A stretch of 64,000 nucleotides of DNA from Candidatus Bilamarchaeaceae archaeon. Lineage in GTDB: Archaea; Micrarchaeota; Micrarchaeia; Anstonellales; Bilamarchaeaceae. The position numbers were made by a program, and so were the translations under genes. The stretch is taken from the NCBI GenBank assembly GCA_038870635.1, contig JAVZJR010000001.1:106797-170796 (forward strand), in the 5' to 3' direction. This document shows, in pieces, positions 50,515-58,149 of the stretch (positions within the stretch are counted from its first letter, which is position 1; every line of letters begins with the position of its first letter). The notes beneath the pieces are model-generated. The model did no database searches. It saw only the letters and a program-made list of their open reading frames with translations, and was not told the origin of the DNA.

Positions 50515-50685
50515 TGCCAAGGGGGGAATTCGAATCCCCGACCTCTCGATTTTGATTCGAGAGGGCATCGAACGAAGTTCGATACAACCTCTCGATTTCT
50601 CAGTAAATTTCATCGGCTTTCGCCTCAACACTCATAGGAATTTCACCTATGAGTCGAGCACTCTAACCAACTGAGCTACCTTGGC
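50515..50685 (-). tRNA. Elongator-type tRNA-Met(CAT) with a 51-nt 37/38 intron (50597-50647) and an additional 46-nt insertion
   Basis: Minus strand: GCCAAGG/CCTTGGC-A acceptor, GCTC/GAGT D stem, CTCGA-CT-CAT-A, GGGGA-TTCGAAT-TCCCC T arm. Confidence 0.88.
50597..50647 (-). ncRNA. Intron-encoded K-turn/box C/D-like guide predicted to target C34 of tRNA-Met
   Basis: CCUAUGAGUG-UUGA-GGC-GAAA-GCC-GAU-GAAA...CUGA; the guide is complementary to ACUCAUAGG. Confidence 0.6.
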
Positions 50686-50744
50686 AAAAGATAGCGAAGT
50701 GCAGTGACAGCAAATGCATGTCACTCAAACTGAGCTACCTTGGC
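50669..50744 (-). repeat. 17-nt direct duplication of the tRNA-Met 5' end (50728-50744 and 50669-50685)
   Basis: GCCAAGGTAGCTCAGTT occurs twice, 59 nt apart. Confidence 0.9.
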
Positions 50745-50796
50745 GATTATATATAAAAATAGATAGACAAAAATTTAAAAATTAGTATAAAAAAAG

Positions 50797-51417
50797 CTAT
50801 TTTTCTTTATCTAAAATGAATAGAGGACCTCCGTCTTTACTACAATTATAAAAAATTTTATAATTGGGTTTCCATTCGTAAAAATTACAGATAATCTCAT
50901 TATCTTTATCAACAGTTAAATGATAAAGTTCATAATAATAAGTCCTATCATCCTTTTTCCATCGGCCTACAACAAAGATATGGTCGTCTCCTATAAATAC
51001 TTTTTCTATATCAGCCTTTTTTCGTATAGAACATGTTGTAACAGTTTGCTGGGTGTATTCCTTTATTCCTGATTTATTATCAAAGTTTTTTTTCTCATCA
51101 ATTGATATAAACCAAAATTTATCTGTAGGAGAAATTATTAACAAATAAAAGGGCGCTCTGTCTTTTTTATTAAATTCCTTTAAATAAAAAATTTTATTGA
51201 AGTCTTCTTTTTTAAAACCCGGAATTTGAATGTTCGCCTCTAAGAACTTTTCAATAGCATTAGATCTTTTCTCAATACTATCATTTCTTATTTCTTCAAG
51301 TGGCTCTTTGCAAGATTTAACTGTATCTAATTTTATATTATTTGCAAATGTATTAGTAGCAATGGCAGTAGCAAGAAGAAGAGCAGCAGCCTTCTTTTTA
51401 AATGCCATGTTTACCAT
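50797..51417 (-). CDS. Hypothetical secreted protein
   Basis: Signal-peptide-like MAFKKKAAALLLATAIATNTFA. Confidence 0.6.
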   Translation of the reverse strand: MVNMAFKKKAAALLLATAIATNTFANNIKLDTVKSCKEPLEEIRNDSIEKRSNAIEKFLEANIQIPGFKKEDFNKIFYLKEFNKKDRAPFYLLIISPTDKFWFISIDEKKNFDNKSGIKEYTQQTVTTCSIRKKADIEKVFIGDDHIFVVGRWKKDDRTYYYELYHLTVDKDNEIICNFYEWKPNYKIFYNCSKDGGPLFILDKEK

Positions 51418-51769
51418 TTTCTTTTTTATTTTTCATATAGATCTCATATGACTTTACTACATATTCTACTCCAAAAGGCTTACTAAACATATCAACGAAA
51501 AGCTTCTGGCCCTTTTCATTGCTTAAATCAAGATCTTTATTTTGAAAAGAAGCTCCGATAATTTTACCTTCCTTTAACGCCTCGCTTAACTTCTTTTTAC
51601 TATTAACAATTTTTTCTACGTCGTTTAAACGAACCTCACCATTAAAAGTGACTGTTATATCTCCACCAAATAAACCTAATTTAACAATAGTTATCTTATT
51701 TTCTTCTTTTTGCATAGGTTGGGGCACTTGACCTAATACATTATTTTTTTCTTTTTGTGCAGAAACCAT
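51398..51769 (-). CDS. Hypothetical protein
   Basis: Likely start MVSAQKEK after a GGTG RBS. Confidence 0.55.
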   Translation of the reverse strand: MVSAQKEKNNVLGQVPQPMQKEENKITIVKLGLFGGDITVTFNGEVRLNDVEKIVNSKKKLSEALKEGKIIGASFQNKDLDLSNEKGQKLFVDMFSKPFGVEYVVKSYEIYMKNKKENGKHGI

Positions 51770-51849
51770 ATTCAACACCATAATAATTTTAGAATATAAA
51801 CATTTAAAAATATATAGAAAACCATAATTTGACACAACTACACAAAAAA

Positions 51850-52215
51850 TTATTTTGGTGTGCATATGGTAAACTGAATATTTTGTGGGGTGCCCATTTC
51901 AAACCATATTTTTTCTAAGGTTATCTTATTTTCACTGCACGCAGGGCCACCACGACAGGAAGAAACACGAATTCCTTCCATATAAATACAAAAACCAGTA
52001 AGCGATTCCACTTCATCCATTCTTTGCTCAAGATAAGGTTGGTTTAAAGGATAGTATTCTAACGCTTTTGTTAAATAAAGAACGCGCCATACATCATTAG
52101 CAAGTTGATATTCATAGAGACTATAAGATGGTTTGGTATAATCAAGTTGGAGAAGTACGTAAGTAGCAAAAAAGAAAAAGAAAAGAAAAGAAAACGCGGC
52201 TTCAAGAGTTTGCAT
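51850..52215 (-). CDS. Pilin-like protein (apparently lacking a class III leader)
   Basis: Starts MQTLEAAFSFLFFFFF; last gene of the pilin-like cluster. Confidence 0.55.
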   Translation of the reverse strand: MQTLEAAFSFLFFFFFATYVLLQLDYTKPSYSLYEYQLANDVWRVLYLTKALEYYPLNQPYLEQRMDEVESLTGFCIYMEGIRVSSCRGGPACSENKITLEKIWFEMGTPQNIQFTICTPK

Positions 52216-52645
52216 AACTACCACACACATACAGTTTTTTTATTTGATTTCCGCCTAAAGAATCAACTACAACTAATCTGTAAATACACATCTGGCTAGA
52301 AGATGAAGGAGTATCCAGAGATATTTGGATTTTTCTTATATTAGAATTTGAATTTTCTAAACCATTGTTAATTTGTAAAACTAAAAAAGGAATTTTTGAT
52401 TCATCGATTAGATTTGGCTGCAGATTATCATTCGCGTCTTTAGTTGCAAGACCAATCTTAACTGCATAATCCGAAATGGCCACCAACGTGTTGAAAAGCT
52501 CTCGTTTCTGCAATGTATAAATAGAATCGCTAGATATAAGAGACATTAACTGAAAAACAAGAACAACTAAAAAAAGCAAAGGCATTATACTGAACATGGC
52601 ATCATAAGAAAGAAATGCACGTTTACACGAAACTTTTTTTACCAT
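52202..52645 (-). CDS. Class III signal peptide (pilin-like) protein
   Basis: KRA|FLSYD followed by a hydrophobic helix. Confidence 0.7.
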   Translation of the reverse strand: MVKKVSCKRAFLSYDAMFSIMPLLFLVVLVFQLMSLISSDSIYTLQKRELFNTLVAISDYAVKIGLATKDANDNLQPNLIDESKIPFLVLQINNGLENSNSNIRKIQISLDTPSSSSQMCIYRLVVVDSLGGNQIKKLYVCGSYANS

Positions 52646-52976
52646 AAGGATAACACCCTAAAGTAATTGCTGAAAAATTACCAACTTCTGTGAGAGCACC
52701 GTACCGATCTTTAATTTTTATTCTAACTAACCAATTTTCTAAACTAAAATAATAGTCGCTGCTTGTTTTTATTGCTGAAGAAGGGGGGTCAACATCCCCA
52801 TTACACATAATAGAAAAAGTAAGAAGATCGTTTTCTAATGCTGCTCTAGAACGAAGCGCTTTGTTTTTTTCCTCAACTAAAGTATAAGAGTAAAGAAGAG
52901 ACTGAGCAATTATCATTATTGCTATTATGGTAAATGAAAACAACATCATCATTTCTAGGGTAGCCTGAGCTTTCAT
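52623..52976 (-). CDS. Class III signal peptide (pilin-like) protein
   Basis: MKA|QATLE followed by a hydrophobic helix. Confidence 0.8.
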   Translation of the reverse strand: MKAQATLEMMMLFSFTIIAIMIIAQSLLYSYTLVEEKNKALRSRAALENDLLTFSIMCNGDVDPPSSAIKTSSDYYFSLENWLVRIKIKDRYGALTEVGNFSAITLGCYPYGKKSFV

Positions 52977-53626
52977 GTCATTTCCACCACTTTTTGAGGA
53001 ATTTGAAAAACTAAATCCTCAAAACCTTGACGGCTTATTGTCACGATTATAACACCATCTGTTAGATAAAAGCGTGGTACTATTCCTGCAATTTTCTCAA
53101 ATTGATTGAGAGATGAAGAACTAGTTTTGTAAGAATTAATAAAATCATCGAACTCATTAAGATCTATACCGTCTGCCAAAACAACATAATTATAGTTTAT
53201 CAGGGTTTGAGATTGTGGGCAAGGTGTCATACACTTCTGTTGAATAAGTGGTTCATAATCCGACCTTATTAAAACTTTGATAAGTGCTCCATCTAGTCTT
53301 TGATTATCTAGTGCCTTTATTTTATCTACTGCTTTTTCATTTATCCTTATTTTTAAGCAATCAATGTTAGGTGGTGATGGTGCCTCTGGTCTTGAGGCAA
53401 CACATGTTGTTACATATTCTGTAGCATAATTAATAATACCTTCAACAGCACCTTCGCGTGCAGCCTCAAAAATTGCTTCCTTAACATTCATTTCATGCTG
53501 GTAATAACTCTCCACCCATATAGAGCGTCCCATATTAGAATACTTTGACGTTACATTAAATTGCGCAAGAGAAAGAATAAGCAAACATGCAGCAAAGACA
53601 ATAACAAAGGTAAGATAACCTCGCAT
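52973..53626 (-). CDS. Class III signal peptide (pilin-like) protein
   Basis: MRG|YLTFV followed by a hydrophobic helix. Confidence 0.65.
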   Translation of the reverse strand: MRGYLTFVIVFAACLLILSLAQFNVTSKYSNMGRSIWVESYYQHEMNVKEAIFEAAREGAVEGIINYATEYVTTCVASRPEAPSPPNIDCLKIRINEKAVDKIKALDNQRLDGALIKVLIRSDYEPLIQQKCMTPCPQSQTLINYNYVVLADGIDLNEFDDFINSYKTSSSSLNQFEKIAGIVPRFYLTDGVIIVTISRQGFEDLVFQIPQKVVEMT

Positions 53627-53635
53627 AAGTATTAT

Positions 53636-53818
53636 TTATTTTACTCTAATGGCGTATGCGCCTATGGTATTTATGGAAGCAATTTTAGCTATTTCAGAAT
53701 GTTCTGGATCAAGAACAATTATCATACCCGCGAATTGTTCTGAAAGCTCGCCCCCACACTTTGGACAGTTTTTCTCTGTGCCCATAATTACCATGTGGCA
53801 ATTTTTACATGCTTTCAT
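53636..53818 (-). CDS. spt4: Transcription elongation factor Spt4 (RpoE'')
   Basis: KACKNC...CPKCG, G.IIVLDP..SEIAK, YAIRV. Confidence 0.95.
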   Translation of the reverse strand: MKACKNCHMVIMGTEKNCPKCGGELSEQFAGMIIVLDPEHSEIAKIASINTIGAYAIRVK

Positions 53819-54405
53819 TTTTTCTCCTCCTTACTTTCTGTCTTTTTTGATTTCTCTTCTGTTTTCTTCTCCTCTTTTTCTACCCAGGATAGCAAACCAA
53901 GACCATCAGGCCTCATGGTTAAACCTATCTTAGTGTCTGCGCTTGTAGTTTTGAGGCTAACTGTAGAAACTTTTACTAACGCTAAATCACCTTTCTTTAC
54001 TGTTTTCTTTGCAGCTTTTGCGCTCAATGTTTTTGCTTTTTTGTCATAGAAGAATTTATCTTTTCCAATTTGAGATATGTGTATAAGACCTTGGAATGGA
54101 CCAAACGAAGCGAAAGCTCCAAATTCCACTATATCTTTTATCTCTGCTAAGAAAACTTCATTGACAAAGGGTATAAAAGAAAGTGATTTGAATTTAACTG
54201 AGTAATACGCACCGGCATCTCCAGGTATAACAACACCCTCACCAATTATTTCTGGTTCAAAAATAGATAGGACAATACCTACCTCTTTGAATATTCTTCC
54301 TTCATATCGCTCTCTAAGGATACGTAAAGCCGCATCTTCTATTTTGCTACCAAACATTGTTGGAGGTATTCTTACCTTATCTTCTATAAGATTTATATAA
54401 TACAT
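53815..54405 (-). CDS. rpo7: RNA polymerase subunit Rpo7 (E')
   Basis: VRIPP, PGDAG, EFGAF, GLIHISQ, KIGLTMR..GLG. Confidence 0.95.
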   Translation of the reverse strand: MYYINLIEDKVRIPPTMFGSKIEDAALRILRERYEGRIFKEVGIVLSIFEPEIIGEGVVIPGDAGAYYSVKFKSLSFIPFVNEVFLAEIKDIVEFGAFASFGPFQGLIHISQIGKDKFFYDKKAKTLSAKAAKKTVKKGDLALVKVSTVSLKTTSADTKIGLTMRPDGLGLLSWVEKEEKKTEEKSKKTESKEEKK

Positions 54406-54458
54406 AAAACACCCCTTAGGAATAGCAATTATTGTTCTCTCATTTCATTTTTAAACCT

Positions 54459-55610
54459 TCACTTATGCATTACCTCTGCAATTTTATCAAATGCTAAATT
54501 AAGTTCTTCAATTGAAGGAAGAAAAACTAATCTGAAATAAATCCCTTCCATAGGGCCAGAAGCACTCCCGGGCACTACTACAACACCCTTTCTCAACAAC
54601 TCTCTTACAAACTCCCAATCATTTTTCCATTTTTTCTTTTGAACTTTTATGAAAGCATAAAAAGCTCCACCTGGCCGAACAGCATAAAGACCTTCTATTT
54701 CACTTACCCTCTTCATCACTACATCAAGTCTCTTTTTTAACTCGTTGTTAAAGGATTCTATGTGGTTAAGCCCTCCACGTAATGCTGCAATATAGCCTTT
54801 TTGCATCTCCCAATTAACAGAGAGACGCTGATTACATAAGCGCTGCACTGCATTCTTAACATTATCCCATTCATCGCCATGAAAAGCGAGATAACCAACT
54901 CTTGCACCAGGATATAGATAATTTTTTGAAAGACTATTCCCAGAAACTAACGGTACGTCCTTATGAATTTTTCTTAGATTAACGTAGTCATCTCCAAAAA
55001 CGATGTGCTCGTATGCATCATCAGAAATTATAGGCAAACCAAACTCGCCAGCAATATTTACTATTCCTTCTAATGTTTTCCTTGAATAGACTTTTCCTGT
55101 CGGATTATTCGGGTTTATCACTAATATGGCGCGTGTGTATTTTGTTATCTTTTTTCGCATATCATCAAGATCAGGCTCATAGAATCCATCACAATTGTAA
55201 AATTCTAAAGGACCATATGCCAACCTTTGCTTTGTTAAATAAAGCGGATAGGATGGTAAAGGCAGGAGAATATTTCTTCCTGGATCAACCAATGCATTAA
55301 AAAGAAAATCAATACCTTCACTAAGACCAGATGTTACAAAAACATCTTGTGGAGAAACGCCTTCGTATTTTGCGATTTCTTCCCTAAGTTCAGGGTCTCC
55401 CTCACTTGGTGCATAACCGTGGTAGTTTTTTTGTAAAGCCTCACTAACCGCATCTACAATGTGTTGCGGTGGCCTAAAACCATAAGGAGCCGGATCGCCG
55501 ATATTAAGATAGAGCATCTTTGTGCCGGCTTTTTCAAGTTTCTTTGCTTCCACAACGATATCACGAATTGGATAAGTAACTAAATCGCTACGGCTGGAAG
55601 CCGAAATCAA
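54459..55610 (-). CDS. Class I PLP aminotransferase (alanine aminotransferase-like)
   Basis: YPIRD, LNIGDP, NPNNPTG, SDDAY, SLSKNYLYPGARVG. Confidence 0.9.
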   Translation of the reverse strand: MISASSRSDLVTYPIRDIVVEAKKLEKAGTKMLYLNIGDPAPYGFRPPQHIVDAVSEALQKNYHGYAPSEGDPELREEIAKYEGVSPQDVFVTSGLSEGIDFLFNALVDPGRNILLPLPSYPLYLTKQRLAYGPLEFYNCDGFYEPDLDDMRKKITKYTRAILVINPNNPTGKVYSRKTLEGIVNIAGEFGLPIISDDAYEHIVFGDDYVNLRKIHKDVPLVSGNSLSKNYLYPGARVGYLAFHGDEWDNVKNAVQRLCNQRLSVNWEMQKGYIAALRGGLNHIESFNNELKKRLDVVMKRVSEIEGLYAVRPGGAFYAFIKVQKKKWKNDWEFVRELLRKGVVVVPGSASGPMEGIYFRLVFLPSIEELNLAFDKIAEVMHK

Positions 55611-55622
55611 AAAACCACCAAT

Positions 55623-56018
55623 TCACTTAACACCAAGTATTTCTTTGGCAAGTTTGAAGTGTTCGTCAGAAGGCTTTATAGCCACCTCTGTAAAGTCTGC
55701 TTTTCTACTTACTATATAAAGGCTCTCCAAGTTAACGCCACGGTTGGCAAGCTTCCTTGTTATTTTACCGAGCTCGCCAGGCCGATTTATCATATTAACA
55801 ACAATAACCTCTGCCTCTAATGTTTTTTTAACTGCTGGAACTTTGCTAACAACCTTTAAAGCAGTAGCAGGATCAGTTGTGATTATTCTAAAAACTGCAT
55901 CACCATCTTTTCCATACGCAGAAATAGCTTCTATATTTACGCCCACAGAACCAAGCGCTTCTGCGACTTGTGCTAACGCACCAACCTCGTTTTTAGCTAT
56001 TATAGTAACCTCTTTCAT
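55623..56018 (-). CDS. Tandem ACT-domain protein
   Basis: NEVGALA...GVNIE and NRPGELG...GVNLE repeats. Confidence 0.85.
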   Translation of the reverse strand: MKEVTIIAKNEVGALAQVAEALGSVGVNIEAISAYGKDGDAVFRIITTDPATALKVVSKVPAVKKTLEAEVIVVNMINRPGELGKITRKLANRGVNLESLYIVSRKADFTEVAIKPSDEHFKLAKEILGVK

Positions 56019-56232
56019 AAGCCCACCTTACTTTAATTATTTTTATTATAGGTTTTTAAGTGTTTTCAAATAATCGCTCAAAAAACACAGAAAATCATAA
56101 TCAAACAATATTTAAAAGCTTTTTGTTGCTAAATATATTCCGTTATGTTTTTTGGCGGGTTTCTTTTGATTTTTTACTTTCTGCTGCGTTCGATAGACCG
56201 AGTATTTATTAAATTAATATAAAGGTGAAAAA

Positions 56233-58005
56233 ATGAAAAGAATGGAATATGAAAATATAAAAAATAGAGATGGAAAAGAAAATGATAAAGAAAAAGAGTT
56301 TAAGAAGGTAGATGAAAAGGTCAAAAAAGGCTTTTTAAAGAAAATCGGGACGACTATTTTTGTTACTCTAGGAATTGTTACGGCAATAGCTCGATGTGGA
56401 GCTGAAGAAGAATCTCCGCCAGTGTATAATATCACTCCAAGAGATGCAGTAGTAAGCGAAGTAGGCAGCGATAGTTATGTAGATGTAACAGATATCATCA
56501 AAGATGCAAAAATTGATGGAGGGGACGCAGGTTTAGAAGATAGTGTAGATGGTAATGATGAAGTTGGTGTAGACGAAGAAGCCAAACCGCAAATGTGTAA
56601 TGCACTTAATGCAGAGAAGCAAATATCAAGAACAGAAGGCGAGCTATTTATAATAAAAACTGAAGGAGGAAGTAAGTATACTGTAGAAATAATTGCAATT
56701 AATCCAGAAAAAAAAGGAGAAGATGCTAACATAGAACAACCAGCTTTCATAACAGTATGGGTTTATGACAAGAATGGCAATAAGAAAATATTAGATGATA
56801 TAAAAGAAATGGAATCAAAAGATGTGGTGCTTATAGAAAATAGCGAAGATGAAGAAACCAAAGAAGTAAAACTTAACATTACTGTCTGCAAAGTTAGAAA
56901 AGTTGGTGACAAATATTATGCGACACTTGAAACCAGCACTGGAAGCTTGGAAGTTCCTGAAAAAGTAGATGATGCCGGCGTGGAATTTGAAGATGACGCA
57001 GGCGTAAGGGACGATGGTTTTGCTGATGTAGTTAATGATGCCAACTTTGTTGATTCTAATGAAAATACTAGCGATGTAATATCAGATGCTGAAGGTGAAG
57101 GCGAAGTTATTGTGGATGCTGAAGGAGATGCACTAAGCGATGCAGGAAATGATATAAGCGAAGATGCAGACAATAGCGATGCACAAGTGGAAGATACTAG
57201 CGATGTAATATTGGATGCTGAAGGAGATGCACTAAGCGATGCAGGAAATGATATAAGCGAAGATGCAGACAATAGCGATGCACAAGTGGAAGATACTAGC
57301 GATGTAATATTGGATGCTGGAGAAGATATAGCAAGCGATACACAAGTAGGGGACACACAAGGACAGGATACTTGCGAATGGAAAGAATCATGTAGCTCTT
57401 CTCAACCAAAATCTTCAAAATTATTCTCCGTAAATGGTGAAGAAATAAAAGAAGAAGTAACTGGAGAGTATTGCGATATCACGAATGAAGATTGCAGCAC
57501 AGCAACAGTATTAAAAACTCTTAATTTGAACTTTTCTAGACCCCTCACGCCAGATGAGCAAAATGTTTTTACAAACCAGTTAGTAGAAAGCAGCATAGGG
57601 GTAATAACAAACCTATCCCCAGCTAATATAACTTTTGGTGAAGAAGTAGCATACAATACAAAATTCAAAGCAGACGATGTTTTAGAAGGAGTAAGATGTT
57701 TAACAATCAATGAAAGCAACGGTGTAACGACGGTATGGGTCAGTTATAATGGCAGGTTATATCAAGCAAAAAGTAACGAGGATGTGGTTAAGCTCGGTGA
57801 TTCTAACCTCTATTTAAAAGTCTATAGTGGTGGAAACCCTACTGAAGGCGTACCTGTCGCTCTTCTTAAAAATGTTCAACAACTATCAAATGACGATGTT
57901 GCTAAACTTAATAACATGGAATACACTGTAAAAATAAAAAATGATGAAAAGAATGGTAAACCAAATGATATAACTGGAATAGAATTCACTCTAAAACAAA
58001 ACTAA
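56233..58005 (+). CDS. Acidic surface protein with an N-terminal anchor and Asp/Ala/Gly-rich repeat linkers
   Basis: Charged N-region, hydrophobic helix ending in ARCG, DAG/DAE-rich low-complexity spacers. Confidence 0.7.
   Translation: MKRMEYENIKNRDGKENDKEKEFKKVDEKVKKGFLKKIGTTIFVTLGIVTAIARCGAEEESPPVYNITPRDAVVSEVGSDSYVDVTDIIKDAKIDGGDAGLEDSVDGNDEVGVDEEAKPQMCNALNAEKQISRTEGELFIIKTEGGSKYTVEIIAINPEKKGEDANIEQPAFITVWVYDKNGNKKILDDIKEMESKDVVLIENSEDEETKEVKLNITVCKVRKVGDKYYATLETSTGSLEVPEKVDDAGVEFEDDAGVRDDGFADVVNDANFVDSNENTSDVISDAEGEGEVIVDAEGDALSDAGNDISEDADNSDAQVEDTSDVILDAEGDALSDAGNDISEDADNSDAQVEDTSDVILDAGEDIASDTQVGDTQGQDTCEWKESCSSSQPKSSKLFSVNGEEIKEEVTGEYCDITNEDCSTATVLKTLNLNFSRPLTPDEQNVFTNQLVESSIGVITNLSPANITFGEEVAYNTKFKADDVLEGVRCLTINESNGVTTVWVSYNGRLYQAKSNEDVVKLGDSNLYLKVYSGGNPTEGVPVALLKNVQQLSNDDVAKLNNMEYTVKIKNDEKNGKPNDITGIEFTLKQN
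57113..57319 (+). repeat. Perfect 99-bp in-frame tandem repeat (2 copies plus a 9-nt partial)
   Basis: TGGATGCTGAAGGAGATGCACTAAGC... at 57113 and 57212, partial at 57311; 33-aa unit. Confidence 0.92.
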
Positions 58006-58149
58006 ATTTTTTCTTTTTTATAATTTTATTTTTAGATTCTTTATTTCTTTTAAGTTGGTGCTGGTTAAAAACTAATTCAAATTTTTAGAATTCTTAAATA
58101 CGATAAGGGGCTTTAAGTAACGACTTAAGTATTAAAAAATAGAAAAAAA

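Noticed and set aside
50515..50685. Assignment as initiator tRNA-Met or tRNA-Ile(CAT)
   Set aside because: Lacks the A1-U72 pair and three G-C anticodon-stem pairs of initiators; the GCC start and 37/38 intron fit elongator Met better, though Ile2 is not formally excluded
51398..51417. Possible frameshift fusion between the two overlapping orphans
   Set aside because: The downstream ORF has its own ATG and signal peptide; no domain continuity suggests a split gene
50686..51865. Integrated element at tRNA-Met
   Set aside because: The duplicated tRNA fragment is only 59 nt away, and there is no integrase or distal att copy in the window
57113..57319. Direct repeats as a possible CRISPR array
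   Set aside because: Contiguous in-frame 99-bp coding repeats without unique spacers; no cas genes
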